Assembly (NCBI GenBank): GCA_964016885.1
Contig: OZ024745.1
Coordinates: 126,046,001 to 126,110,000 of the forward strand
DNA length: 64,000 bases
Direction: 5' to 3'
Source of the DNA: Eledone cirrhosa
Lineage: Eukaryota
Both the position numbers and the translations under genes were made by a program. The notes below the pieces were generated by a model. It was not told where the DNA came from. It worked only from the letters and a program-made list of their open reading frames with translations, and did not search any database. Below, in pieces: positions 1-13,758 of this stretch. Numbering within the stretch: the stretch's first letter is position 1; each line of letters opens with the position of its first letter.

Positions 1-191
1 CATTCTGTAACCTCTTGACTGACTGAGGATTCTTTTCTTTGTTTTTGTGCCTCTCCTTTGTTATGTCCTATGCCATCTTGTTTTTGTGTGGGTTGTCACA
101 CACACATATATGTATATATATATACGTATATATGTATATACGCATATGTATATACGCATATGTATATATTTTATGTATAAATATATATATA

Positions 192-225
<34 letters not shown>

Positions 226-231
<6 letters not shown>

Positions 232-487
232 TAATAGATTACATTTAAAGCCAAGAATAGGTGCTTTCACCCTTAACGGGATCTTCTGAAACTAAAAAAA
301 TCAATCTGTGAACGCAGAGGTAAATATTTCGAAAAACGTTGCAACCGATGGAAAACAGGAAGACGATGCTTTGGTTCGTGGAGACGTTCCCTGGCAATGA
401 ACGGAAATGCTCTAGGGTTCTTATATATTTGATATATATTTATCCTTATCGAGCCCTCTTTGGATTTTAGTTTTCAAATTTTTAATT

Positions 488-492
<5 letters not shown>
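226..492. mobile_element. (TA)n-embedded PLE-like element, family A, with tail 408-492 inverted relative to the body
   Basis: Body matches 2091-2275; 408-492 is the reverse complement of 2000-2083; (TA)n on both sides. Confidence 0.7.
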
Positions 493-532
<40 letters not shown>

Positions 533-1344
533 TGTCTGTCTGTCTGCTCGTTTGTGTTTGTGTTGTCAAATTAAGTGAAATACAGAATAAGCTTTAAACA
601 ATATAGCTCTGTGTGTGTCAGTTAGTATGGTTGTTTGTTGTCTTTGTTATTGTTGTTGTTGTTGTTACTTTTGTTGGTGTTGTTGTTGTTGCTTTTGTTA
701 GTTTTTGTTACTCTTCTTAGGGTTTTTATATAGGGGCGGGGAGCAGATGTCAGTGTCTGGTGAACACAATATTCCAACTTGCCGGATGATCTATAGAAAA
801 GAATGATTAAAAACAAATAAAAGAAACGAAACGAAACGGAGGAAGAAGATAGAGAAAGAAAGAAAGGAAAAGAGACAGAAACAAAGAAAGAAAGAGAGAG
901 AAAAAGAGAGAAAGAAAGAAAGAAAGAAAGAAAGAAATAAAAAAGAAAGAACGAAAGGAAGGAAGGAAGAAAGAATGAACGAAAGAAAGAAAGAAAGATG
1001 GAAAGAAAGAAAATTGAAAAGGGGGAAGGATGGTTGCTATTTTATTTAAATAAAGTTACCACAGTAAATATGAAATCGTGTATACAGATGGAAAATATTT
1101 GGAGTATGAAAGGTGTGTGTGTGTGTGTGTGTGTGTGTTTGTGTGAGAGAGAGAATTAATGGACTTTTATGGAGACGCCACTCATTAACAGTTATGGGTT
1201 CATACATACAAACAAAGATGATGGCTGCCTCCTCGTTATCGAGTATGGCCATTGCACGATATAACATTATTAATAATTATTAATTAATATTATCGTGCAA
1301 TGCCTGTGCGGGAAAATTTTTTTTAAAGTGAGGAACGACTGTGC

Positions 1345-1520
1345 ACGGAGCCAATCCCACTCTCTGAGCGACAGTAGCTATAACCGAAAAAGAAGAAAAG
1401 ATCAACATCATCGGTAACTACTGAGCCGCAGGTTTTATATCGGAGTTATCCCGGTTTTCTGAGTTACCTTCTCCTAGAAGAATGCCCCGACAAAGGCTAG
1501 GGTCCTTCACTCCCAGTAGT
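1345..1520. repeat. Unclassified dispersed repeat (diverged second copy at about 4968-5132)
   Basis: Both loci share colinear blocks CCAATCCCACT.TCTGAGC, TCAACATCATCGG, AGCCGCAGGTTTT and TTCACT.CCAG. Confidence 0.65.
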
Positions 1521-1591
1521 TTAACCGCGCGATCGGGTTTCCAGCCCGACTATTTCTATGTCCCCGCGCGTATACACACGTATGCACCCAT

Positions 1592-1655
<64 letters not shown>

Positions 1656-1737
1656 CTATATATTTAACACTCACTCTGTCTGTCTCTCAATCAATCAAAC
1701 ATCTATCTATGTAAATAAAGAAATATATCTATGTATG

Positions 1738-1776
<39 letters not shown>

Positions 1777-1778
1777 CA

Positions 1779-1882
<104 letters not shown>

Positions 1883-1997
1883 CTCGCTATCTATCTATGT
1901 ATCTATCTATGTCTATATATCTCTCTCTCCCAGTCACACTCACACACACACGTACACCAAACTGTGCTATAATAAAACTCACCTCCTATATATATAT

Positions 1998-2275
1998 AGT
2001 AATAATAATAAATTTGAAGACTAAAATCCAAAGAGGGCCCGATAAGGATAAATATATATCAAATATATAAGAACCGTAGAGTAAATATTTATTAAAATAA
2101 CAGATTCAAGTTTAAGCAAAGAATCGCTGCTTTCACCCTTAACGGGATCTTCTGAAACTAACAAAGTCAATCTGTGAAGGCAGAAGTGAATATTTCAAAA
2201 AACGTTGCAGCCGGAGGAAGACAGTAAGACGATACTTTGGTTCGTGGAAACGTTCCCTGGCAAAGAACGGAAAAA
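1998..2275 (-). mobile_element. PLE-like family A, colinear copy
   Basis: Matches 226-492, 5900-5984, 7068-7185 and 38423-38531. The minus strand carries a degenerate hammerhead-like CAGAAGA-TCCC-GTTAA-GGGT-GAAA. Confidence 0.65.
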
Positions 2276-2355
2276 AACGAATATAATACGTCATTATTTG
2301 GAGCAGTGAAAAACAATTACACGCAAAGACAAAACCACGTTTATACCATAAACAT

Positions 2356-2398
2356 CCCCATCGCTTTGGGGCCCTTACTTTTGGGATTACCCTCGTAT
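2356..2398 (-). mobile_element. Orphan left end (TIR plus subterminal bases) of the mariner element at 47609-48001
   Basis: CCCCATCGCTTTGGGGCCCTTACTTTTGGGATTACCCTCGTA is nearly the reverse complement of 47607-47648. Confidence 0.8.
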
Positions 2399-3486
2399 AA
2401 TCGTGATGGCATAATGAATATAATTTTTTGTGGCGTAGTCTGACGGAGTAGAACCATTCCCATAATCTTTTTGCAGAGATCTCGACACTAGTGAAACATA
2501 AACCTGATCTGAATATCGGTACAAGAACCGGTAGCGTCCATCTGACGGACTTCCGCCTAGTTTCTGTTCTCTAACGATTTTCACGCGCAAAGATTTGATC
2601 GCTTCGCGGCTATGCTATAACAGACTTGCCTAAGAAAAAAACCCACTTTCTGTGATCCAACATAATTCCTATGATTGTAAAGTAGACTTTTATATCACAC
2701 GGCAACGCTTTTGCGCTAGTAAGCCTTAATCGCAATAATAACTGACAAAATAACCTACTCCAAATGATTAACGATTTTGTGTGTTTGTGTGTGTGCGTAT
2801 GTGCCTCTGTGTGCGTGTGTGTGTGTGTGTGTGCGCGTGTATGTGTGTGTATGTGTGTATGTGTGTGTGTATGTGTGTGTGTGTGTGTTTTAAATGGGGA
2901 TATGGGGTTCTAATATATAATAGTATTTCATTAAATGGGTCGTTGGTTTGCTTTTTTTGCAAACGTCGATCAGAAATATTTAATCATGTATGGCTATCTA
3001 TGAATACTTTTTTCTGTCTTTCTCCTGTAGCTATAGAATAAAGTTAGATTTATCTTTAAACACGTCAAAGGCTAACTACTACGTGTGTGTCCCGTCTTTA
3101 CGCAAATATTGCTGTCATATTGTATGCAATATATTGTAGCTATATCTGTGAATATATGAATTTATATCTAAACCATATGTCTTCAAATATTTGGGCGTTT
3201 AAAGATTGCATTAAGATAGGTTTGAAGACTGACATTGTTTTGTTTAGAAGCCACTATCCCATAGACCGTTCTAAAGATTTAGTACGGTAAGAATAAAATG
3301 ATTTTATTCTATAAAAGTAACCAACCGGAAAATTTACCAGAAGGTGTGATTTTTTCTTGATTAATGTTATTTCCCTTTTTTCCTGTTTTTTTTATAAATG
3401 TATATATTAATGAGATTCAATATTTTTTTATGGGTTATTCATAAATTCATGGGTTATTCATAATAAATCTGATTTTCTTGTTATAT

Positions 3487-3572
3487 GGGCGTAGCATGGA
3501 AGTGCGGTTAAGAAGCTTATTGTGAGATCACTTACATCAGGGTTCGATCCCATTATTAGTCACCTTGTGCCT
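3487..3572 (+). mobile_element. 5' fragment of a second tRNA-derived SINE family
   Basis: A/B-box-like GTGCGGTTAAGAAGCTT...GGGTTCGATCCC; related to 33958-34085 and 35674-35835. Confidence 0.55.
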
Positions 3573-3764
3573 ATTATATGCAAATTAGTTGTGTCCATCT
3601 CAGAATAATACTAAGTTTCCTTGTAGTGATATGCAAGTCTTCTAATTAGGTTCAATAAATCCGTGAATCGATTAAAGATGTTTATCAGTTTATCAAATTA
3701 CTAAGCAATCCATATTATCTTTGTTTTTTATGCTTACAAATGAAATATGTGTATATATTTATAC

Positions 3765-4085
3765 CGGGGGTGTGCAATATATTCTATTGGTAGGCCACTT
3801 TTGAACATTGGAACAACTATTAGGGCCATTAATATTTATTAAGCACTATTCCAACGATTCACCACAACTTCTTTCCATAACATGTAATTGCGAAATTATA
3901 ACACACATAACCCTATCAGTGAAGAAGCCCTTTATTATAGGTAAACTAACAGAAAATTATATTACGGTTACGAAAAAATTCTAAATAAGCCTACAAGCTA
4001 AAAATTAAAAACAGTCATCGCGGGCCACTCTGACTGGTCTGGTGGGCCGGATTGTGGCCCATGGGCCGCCTGTTGCACGCCCCTG
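3765..4085. mobile_element. hAT (Charlie-like) MITE
   Basis: TIRs CGGGGGTGTGCAA / TTGCACGCCCCTG; exact 8-bp TSD ATTTATAC at 3757-3764 and 4086-4093. Confidence 0.9.
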
Positions 4086-4293
4086 ATTTATACACATTGG
4101 TGCAGTTTCCAGTACCGACTCTATATTTATACAGATATAACTTTATCATACACTTCGGTTGCTAACGACTCCCTTATTATATATATAGATATATATGTGT
4201 GTGTGTGTCTGCGTGTGTGTATGTGTGTTCTTGTTAATGACCCTGTGTTAAACAGGCGAAACTCCAGAGTAACAGCACTCAATATCTAGCCTT

Positions 4294-4390
<97 letters not shown>

Positions 4391-4392
<2 letters not shown>

Positions 4393-4545
4393 TATTACTG
4401 TCATTACAACGGCAGAGGTCCGACGAACTTTTGATTCCAGAGTCAGGCCAGATCGATACAGATCGAACTTGATCAATAGTGAAACGCACGTCACTAAAGA
4501 GTAAATATAATGAAGGCTTAACAAATCGTCCTTGTATAATTATTA
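4391..4545 (+). mobile_element. PLE-like remnant with degenerate hammerhead (4418-4494)
   Basis: CCGACGA, stem II ACTTTTGAT/ATCAATAGT, GAAACGCACGTC; second copy at 43645-43800; abuts (TA)n. Confidence 0.65.
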
Positions 4546-4599
4546 TATATACTAGTTAGATCATATATTCGATGATAAAGACTGTGGTAAGCAGCAAGT

Positions 4600-4691
4600 C
4601 ATCCGATAGCTCAGTTGGTAGAACGTAGGAATGTAGTTTGTTAGGCGAAGTTGTCATCCTTAGGTCGTTGTTTCGAATCCGTGTAGCTAGA
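4600..4691 (+). pseudogene. tRNA-Tyr(GTA) pseudogene retaining a 19-nt intron
   Basis: CGATAGCTCAGTTGGTAGAACGTAGGAATGTAG [4637-4655] ATCCTTAGGTCGTTGTTTCGAATCCG matches the eukaryotic tRNA-Tyr consensus; acceptor stem and T arm are damaged. Confidence 0.85.
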
Positions 4692-5813
4692 TTAATATAA
4701 ATAGATACATAGATAGAATAGGAAGAAGAATATTGTGAGCCGAACATACTAAGCACTAACTTGCGCGCTATCACACATACCTTATCTAGCTACCTACATA
4801 CATATATGATGGCTGCAAACTCTGTTAAGAGTATTGCAATCGCTAGTCAGATTATAGAAAATGGTGCACTTTAGGCTACCATCAGCCACACGAACCTGTA
4901 ACATATCCTGAACAAGCAATGCTTGTGCTTTGAATGTTTTTTAAATGAGGAAAGGCCTTGCACTCGACCAATCCCACTTTCTGAGCATCCAAAACACTAC
5001 TCGAAAAGGAGAACTGGTCAACATCATCGGATGCTTCCGAAGCCGCAGGTTTTTGGGGGTATTTTTTCAGAGTTTGCCTCTCTCTTAGAAAGGTGTTCTG
5101 ACAACAGCTGTGGGCCTTTCACTTCCAGGTGGAAAAACAACAACAAAACATAATTACGTTCATACATACAAACAAAACAGACATACTTACATATATTTAT
5201 GCATTCAAACATACATACATACATACATACATACGCACATACATACATACACACATACATATATTCATACATACATACTCACATACATATATACATACAT
5301 ACATATATATATTCATGCACACAAACTTCCATACATACACACATACATATATTCATACATACATACACACATACATATATACATACATATATACATATAT
5401 TCACACGAAAGAACATACATATATTCACACATACATACATATATAAGATATTTAGACATCGTTATCTCTTCATCGGTATGATGTTACGTGAATAATTAGA
5501 AATATAGCTGTTTTTGTATATCTTACCCTTGATTATTATTTTTTTCTATTTGATATATTTTCAACACCATCTTCATTGAATTTCATTCTCTCATCATCTC
5601 TATATCTGCAATATATTACAAGGCGTTGACTGTTGAATAATAATCAGAATATTTAATGATAAAAGTGTTGATTTTTAAACTGTAAGTCGTTTTGCGGTTT
5701 TTTTTATTTGATTTTGTACATAATTTGAAGCTAACAAAAACCCACCAACACAGATATACAGGCACGCAGTGATGATAACATAGGCGAAACTTGGCCTTAA
5801 TATATATACACAC

Positions 5814-6440
<627 letters not shown>

Positions 6441-6448
6441 ATATATAT

Positions 6449-6668
6449 GAAAATGTATGACCCCGACGGCAGAGCTCAAGCCGTTTCGACGGCTATTTCT
6501 GGAATAAATGCTGGACTAAATGCTGAATTTAGTCCAGAAATAGCCGTCGAACGGGCTTGAGCTCTGCCGTCAGGGTCATACATTTTCCTATCACCCACTC
6601 TACTACCCTAAGTATTGAGTACTCTGGTGCGTTATGGTCCATCTGGTTCCTTACCACAACTCCTTCGT
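6449..6668 (+). mobile_element. Fold-back PLE-like element, family C
   Basis: Arms 6449-6503 / 6533-6587; internal hairpin GGACTAAAT-GCTGA-ATTTAGTCC followed by AGAAATAGCCGTC (3' half of a hammerhead); 80-bp tail; (TA)n flanks. Confidence 0.75.
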
Positions 6669-6682
6669 TATATATCTATCTA

Positions 6683-6743
<61 letters not shown>

Positions 6744-7067
6744 CCCACGTTTCCACACCACCTGCGTATCCTCACATAAACCTACTCTGCCTCCGGATTC
6801 GCACGCCCTCTTCCCCCCACCCCCTACGGCCCCTCTCCTTCACACGCACACACACAAACGTACACCTACGCACATACCCCCCCCCCCCCGTTCGGACGCC
6901 CTCCTCCACTGTTTCATTCTCCCCTCTCCCCTCCCCCACCCACCACCACCTCTACACGCCTCAGACCCTTTCACCACTTGTTTTCTTTTTAATTCCTTTT
7001 CCCTCATTTTAATTTTTCTCCCCTTTTTAATGTCTTTCCACCACTCGCCCTCACGCCCTCGGAACTC

Positions 7068-7185
7068 TTTAAGGATAAATATATATCAAATATATAAGAA
7101 CCCTAGAGCTTCAGAAGATCCCGTTAAGGGTGAAAGCAGCGAATCTTTACTTAAGCTTTAATCTGTTATTTTAATAAATATATAT
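7068..7185. mobile_element. Rearranged PLE-like family A copy
   Basis: 7068-7109 is the tail piece ending CTAGAGC, joined to the reverse complement of about 2085-2155. Confidence 0.7.
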
Positions 7186-7197
7186 TCGTAGAATCGA

Positions 7198-7292
7198 GAC
7201 GTATCTGAGGACCGCGCGATTTCAGAGTCAGGTGTAATCACCACATCGATCGTGTCTCGAGCTGGTCCCCCGAGAAACAATTGTAATATGTC
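7198..7292 (+). ncRNA. Type-I hammerhead ribozyme motif in a PLE-like remnant ending in (TA)n
   Basis: Stem I GACGTAT/ATATGTC; CTGAGGA 7205-7211; GAAA 7274-7277; palindromic stem III ACAATTGT; GUA triplet; base of stem II partly decayed. Confidence 0.7.
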
Positions 7293-7333
7293 CAATAAAT
7301 TCCTTTCGTCGCAACACTGATTCTCTTTTTCTG

Positions 7334-7390
<57 letters not shown>

Positions 7391-7392
<2 letters not shown>

Positions 7393-7563
7393 AACGAGTA
7401 GGACCCCGACGGCTGAGCTCAAGCCGTTTCGACTTGAGCTCAGCCGTTTCGCTTGAGCTCAGCCATCGGGGTCCTACTCGTTCCTATTACCCACTCTACT
7501 ACCCTAAGTATTGAGTACTTTGGTGCGTTATGGTCCACCTGGTTCCTTACCACATTTCCTTCG

Positions 7564-7626
<63 letters not shown>

Positions 7627-7797
7627 AACGAGTAGGACCCCGACGGCTGAGCTCAAGCCGTTTCGACTTGAGCTCAGCCGTTTCGCTTGAGCTCAGCCAT
7701 CGGGGTCCTACTCGTTCCTATTACCCACTCTACTACCCTAAGTATTGAGTACTTTGGTGCGTTATGGTCCACCTGGTTCCTTACCACATTTCCTTCG

Positions 7798-7798
<1 letters not shown>
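7391..7798 (+). mobile_element. Two tandem fold-back family C copies (7391-7564 and 7625-7798) separated by (TA)n
   Basis: 234-bp period, units look identical; each has arms GGAACGAGTAGGACCCCGA...TCGGGGTCCTACTCGTTCC and a tail shared with 6588-6668. Confidence 0.8.
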
Positions 7799-7875
<77 letters not shown>

Positions 7876-8096
7876 GGAATCGCAATCGTGAGGTTGAACT
7901 ACTGATACAATTCATATCATATTTTGCAGCTAAGTTTACAGGGACAGCGGGAAAAATAATGTCTTGAACAAGAACAGAAAATGACAATCGAACCGGCGCT
8001 CTCTGTTCATAGATCATAAGAACGCTATATAGATGTGGAGAATTGGCAAAGTCGTTAGAACAGTTTAAATCTCATCGAAATCAATTATTCTTTTCC

Positions 8097-8480
8097 CTAG
8101 AATTGTTTTTCATACGCTGACGCGTATGTGTATATGTGTGTGCGTGTGTGTATGTGTATATGCATACATTTATAAGTATGAGTATATAGATATAAACGTG
8201 TAAACACAGACACACTTCAAAACTACACACTCACAGATATACATTCACACAAACGCACATACATTTACACAAACACACACATACATTTACACACACACAT
8301 ACATTTACACAAATACGCACATACACTCACACAGCGTAGATTTTTCCCTACCCCCTTCCTTCCATTTACACATACACACATTCACGCAGGCAGCAGGCGT
8401 AAAGAGAGAGGGATGGTAGAGGTAGTCAAACTACTCTCTGTTTACGTGTTGTGACAGAACGCACAAATTTATATATGGAT
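8097..8480. mobile_element. Partial copy of the CTAG-ended fold-back element (see 31077-32040)
   Basis: Colinear with 31077-31515, including the CGTAAAGAGAG...CTCTCTGTTTACG hairpin. Confidence 0.65.
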
Positions 8481-8496
8481 TATTTCATAGTCGAGA

Positions 8497-8920
8497 GGGT
8501 GGTGGATGGGCAGAATCGGCAGGGCGCCTAACAACATGATGTGTAGCATAGAGTTATGGCCCTTTACGTTTTGAGTTCAAATACCGCCGAGGTTGGCTTT
8601 GCTTTTTATCTCTGCAGGGTCGGTAAAATAGAATACCAATACCGAACTGGGTTCGATTTAATCGACTTTGCCCTCCCCAAAAATTGCTGGCCTTGTGCCT
8701 AAATCAGAAACCATTATTTCATGGTCGATTAAAAAAAGTACCAGTACTGTACTAAGGTCTATTCTTTCTCTATAACTCTTTCTTACTCCCTCTCTATTCT
8801 TCTCTCTCCTTTTTTCGAAGAAATTGTTTGTGTGCAGACCGGGAGATGTATAGGCTCCACCAGGTTTGAAATGCTTTTAAACGCTCACCTATGACTCCAT
8901 CAGGAGCTACATCTCCACGA
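8497..8920 (+). mobile_element. tRNA-derived SINE (major family) followed by a variant-tail fragment
   Basis: GAGTTCAAATACC B box, CTTTGCTTTTTATC..GGGTCGGTAAAATAG core, GCTGGCCTTGTGCCTAAATCAGAAACCATTATT end. Confidence 0.8.
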
Positions 8921-9616
8921 ATATATACATTTGTTTTGTCAACCACTTATACTGATTACTGTGTATTAGAAGCAAGTTATGGAAATTGAATAGCGTTTTG
9001 ACAGTAATTATTAAGAAGTATGAATAAAAGTAATTCAGTTCATGAGTGGGATATCGGTATCATTTTCAAAAGGCAATCTAAAGGTTGGGGATACAGATTA
9101 ACACACTTGGTAAGAATCAAATATTTAATTACTTTCTGGTATATGTTCAATATTGGGTCTTCATATAACATAGAATAGGATATGCCGCAAGCTATTATTT
9201 TAATACCAATATATTGACGTAAACAAGTTCTATTTCTGTCATAATTTTATTATTATTGTAATCACAAGTGTTTAAATATCATGGTCAAATAATTATCTGC
9301 TGCAGTTGATGCATTATTATATTTAATATCACACAATGGTCTTAAAGCGTCTAATATTAGCATAGCCACTCCACTAAAAGGTTAGGAATGGGCGTATGAT
9401 ACGATAATAAAGTCGTCAAGCATCGGTTTCGAAGTTATTGTTTCGAAACTTGGTTATTTTAGGTGGAAATAACTAAAGACATAATTTGCATGAAATCCAA
9501 AATCTGGCGATGCTAAAATACTTAGTGCAGTGGGCTAATAATATTTTAAAAATTAAAATAGGAAGAATTCTAGTCAAAACTTCAAGAGAGATAGCCTCGA
9601 AATCTTAATTAAAACG

Positions 9617-9830
9617 ATAATGATTTCTACTATAGGTACAAGGCTAGCAATTTTGGAGGAAGGGAAATTCGATTTAATCGACTCCACTGCATTAATGGTA
9701 CTTTATTTTATAGACCCCGTAAGGATGAAAGGCAAAGCTAACCCCGGCGGGAGTTAAACTCAGAATGTAAAGTGCCATCATTTTAAGCAGCGAAGCACGG
9801 GGTCCGACGTTCTAACGATTCTGCCAAATG
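9617..9830 (-). mobile_element. Major SINE
   Basis: Reverse complement of the family core (GGTACTTTATTTTATAGACCCCGTAAGGATGAAAGGCAAAG). Confidence 0.8.
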
Positions 9831-10055
9831 TACCTGTAACACTGTAATACCGTGGCAAGTGATTCTTATGTTGGCAATCCGGAGATAACTCCGGATATGA
9901 GTAAAACATTGTCTTCCATGAAGCATAGTCTTTATCATAGATTTTACCTTTACTCAGATGGTAACTAAAAATAAAAAAGATTGTTTTACTGGTAAACCCG
10001 TTGTTGCTAGATATTGCTTCAGCCTTGTTTGACTACTGATAAGTATATGTCTATA

Positions 10056-10310
10056 GGCGGGAATTGGCAGAGTCGTTAAGACGTCAGATAGAATACTTTA
10101 CGGTATTCGTCCCACATCATTGCGCGCCCTGAGTTCAAATCCCACCGAGGTCAACTTTGCTTTTCATCCTTTCGGGGTCGATAAAAAAAATTACCAGTCC
10201 AGTACTGGGGTCAATTATTCCTCTATAGTAAAAGTCGGAGAGGGTTGGGCTCCACCAGGTTTAAAAGTACCCTACAACTCCACACTCCACAAGGAGTTAT
10301 GGGATCTTTA
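10056..10310 (+). mobile_element. SINE, alternative-3'-tail subfamily
   Basis: Same head and core; the tail ...GGCTCCACCAGGTTTAAAA...GGAGTTATGGGATC recurs at about 12090-12495, 12848-13165, 25388-25672 and 61715-61985. Confidence 0.75.
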
Positions 10311-10404
10311 TCCCTTATCCCTTATGTATATGTCGACTGCACTAACCCAGGTGTATATGTAGTAGGGTAATTATTATTACTATTATTTCAGCTAAGGATG
10401 AAAT

Positions 10405-10757
10405 GTGGGTCGGCAGACTATATGATGCGTCGGATAACATGATTTGCCGCATAGAGTTACACTCCTTTACGCTCTGAGTTCATATTTAGTGGAGGTTAGC
10501 TTTGCCTTTCATCCTTACAGGGTCGATAAATTAAAATACCAGTCACACACTGGGGTCGGTTTAATCGACTTTCTTCTCATCCCAAAATTGCTGGCCTTAT
10601 GCCTAAATCAGAAATCATTGGATTGGCAGTATCGATAGAGGATTGGACGCCATGCTTTGCAGCATAGAGTTACGGCCCTTTACGGCCTGAGTTCAAATCC
10701 CGCCGAGGTTAACTTTGCCTTTCATCCTTACGGAGTCGATAAAATAAAGCACCAGTA
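10405..10757 (+). mobile_element. Tandem pair of major SINEs
   Basis: Two consecutive head+core units (about 10405-10619 and 10620-10757). Confidence 0.8.
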
Positions 10758-10763
10758 AATCAC

Positions 10764-10800
<37 letters not shown>

Positions 10801-12089
10801 GGTGGTGGTGGTGAGGGTGATGATAGTAGTAGTAGTAGTAGTAGCAGCAGTTCCTCTGATAAGCATCAGAAACTGATGCTTATCTCTAGTTTCCATAGTT
10901 GTAATAATATATCACCTAAACTCCTCCATTTCAAGGTGACAATGTTTATCTACGGACATTTCCCCGCAGCGATAATTGAACACAAAACTACAATTTCTCA
11001 TGAAATTTACAGTACTGCAGTATAGTTTTTCACCACAGTATTTTACCCACCTGCAATTTGTTTGGCTAATTTTGCCATGGATACATCCTTAGATACTAAC
11101 AACTGACTCATCTTCATTGAACAGCAAATGGTGTCTAAATAATAAACCCTAGTCTTTTGTCACCCCTACTGCGAAATTACCGCCAAAACGTTCTATTCAT
11201 TTCATTCCATTAACGAGAGATAATAATCTGTTGAACAACCAGCCAGAGAGAAGTATGGAGTATGTTGCTCATTCCTCTCTTCTCCTTACTTCCATTTTGT
11301 TTTTATTGTAAACAATACACAATTTAATTGAAATTTGTTGAATAAAATAACGCTCGGTTTATCAACTTGGCAATTTAGTAACATTCCTCTTAATAGGAAT
11401 ATTCTATCCATGACAGATTGTTACACATATGGAGATTTCAGCGAAGAACACGCAAACTATTCAGTTAGATGTATTGGATTAGATATGAAAATTCAACGTC
11501 TCCGCAATCAGCGTATTAAAGCGCCAAAAAGGAGATACAACTTTTCCGCTCTTCAGCTATGTGGCTGACGCTTTATCAACAGAATCATCTTCTATTCTCT
11601 GTAGCATTTTGCTGAATATATTTGGCGGTGTGACACATATCATGTGAAATTATATATGAGAGACTATATGACATAGATATCATCTTCCAGTTCACATGGG
11701 AGAAAAATGTATTCCCCCCGAAATTATAGAATGTAATTTAGCAGTTATAATGAGATTATTTTTATTCTATTTTATTATTTTAGGGTATTGATATGCTTTA
11801 AGAAACGAAGTACTAAGTCAAATGTAGGCAATTATAGCGAGTTGGCAAAAAGCAGTCAACATACGTATTGTCAGTGCTATTCCATTATATTTACAGACAA
11901 TTGTGTTGGAAATTTAAAAATACATGTAAGAAAATATGGAGAACATATGAAGATGAAACAATATAACATAAAATTATAATTTGAACGTTAACAGTCTATC
12001 CGCACCCTAAAAAACGTCTCAACTAACATAGAAATCAGTTAAAACAATAATCCTGACATTTCTCAAGATGTATATGTTTGTTTAGTCAT

Positions 12090-12241
12090 CAAACAAGTTC
12101 GTTAATCTGTCGTATAAAATGCATCGGTGTTTTTGTCGGCTCTATGTTGTCTAAGTTCAAATTCCGTTGGGGTACACTTTGCCTTTCATTTTTTGAGGCT
12201 GATAAATAAAGTTCCCGTACACTACTGGGTCGATTCTCTCT

Positions 12242-12330
<89 letters not shown>

Positions 12331-12495
12331 CTATCTATCTATCTATCTACCTCTATCTTTCTCTCTCGCTCTCCCTGGAAGAAGATGGGGGTATTCCGAT
12401 CTGGAGAAGGAAGGGTTCCGCCAAGTTTAAAATACCCAAAACATGACATAAGTGATGACGGAACTCCTACCACACCGTTAGAATATAACGGTTCT
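12090..12495 (+). mobile_element. Variant-tail SINE with internal (CT)n expansion
   Basis: Core at 12150-12233, (CT)n, then the variant tail. Confidence 0.65.
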
Positions 12496-12574
12496 ATCGT
12501 TCTTCTTTTCTTTTACTGTAATCAAATTTGAAAGAATAAAAATCGCATCTAGAAGTTCGATTCACACACACACG

Positions 12575-12645
<71 letters not shown>

Positions 12646-12847
12646 TTTGACGACAAAAATTAAACAGCCACTGCTTCCCCTTTGCTGACGTAAGAGAAAA
12701 TGAAAAATGACACATTGTGCATACCAACGTCACTTGTTATATATGTGTGTGCATGTGCAACCTTCAATATTTCCTGAAAACTCTACCAAGCAACGGCGGG
12801 AACCTTCTGTCCAACCCAATATATGTATTGATATAATAGATGGGCAC

Positions 12848-13165
12848 AGGTGACGAATTGACAGAGTCGTTAGAACGTCGGATAGAATACTTTAAGGTAT
12901 TCGTTCCGGCTCTCTGCGATCAAATCCTTCCAAGGTTAACTTTGCCTTTCTTCTTTTCTAGGTCGTTAAAAAAAGTACCAGTCTAGTACTGGGGTAGATT
13001 CTTCCTCTATATTTCTTTCTCATTTCCTCTTTCTATCTTTCTCTAGAAGAAATCTGCTGTACTCAGTCCTGGATAGGGATGGACTCCACCAGCCTTAAAA
13101 TGGCCAAGAAACGCCGTATGCCAAAACGGCGCCCCTACGACTCTTTCGGGAGTAACGGGATCATA
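12848..13165 (+). mobile_element. Variant-tail SINE
   Basis: Head GGTGACGAATTGACAGAGTCGTTAGAACG, core, variant tail. Confidence 0.75.
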
Positions 13166-13758
13166 CCATACATACAATAGATGGGCACGTAATGTTTGAA
13201 TACAGGCTACTTAAATGCCCCTTGGGACTTTTTAAAATAATTTCGTTTTAAATAAAGAACCAAAGCTTCCCCGGACTCTCAACAGATCGGAGTCATTATG
13301 TCAAACGATTTATTGCCTGACTATTTTCATATCAGAAGACGAGAAAAAGTATGATGTAACAGAAAATTATTTAGATTTTTATGTCTATGAGATTAGAATT
13401 TACACTCCAATGTATAGTGGTTTGGAAAGGAAAAATATATGCCCAATATTATACGCGTATCCTTAATGTTTACTTCTAATTTGTCTATCACGAAGTAGTA
13501 GATAAAGGTCAATGCAATGACGAGGTTCAGCCTGCAACCCATTCAATGTCTACACCTCAAATCTTATCAACAGACAGTAAACATTTCGTATTCCTTTTGC
13601 CCTCTCTCTTAACTCACATAGAAATTTATATCCATTTTACAGCTGTTCGTTTTTCATAGTTAAGACATTAGTATGAGAAGGTAACATTCTCTCAAACTAT
13701 CGAGCATCTAGTAATTTTTCGTTTTCTCTGATTGTCAAGGACTTGTATAATTTATAAT

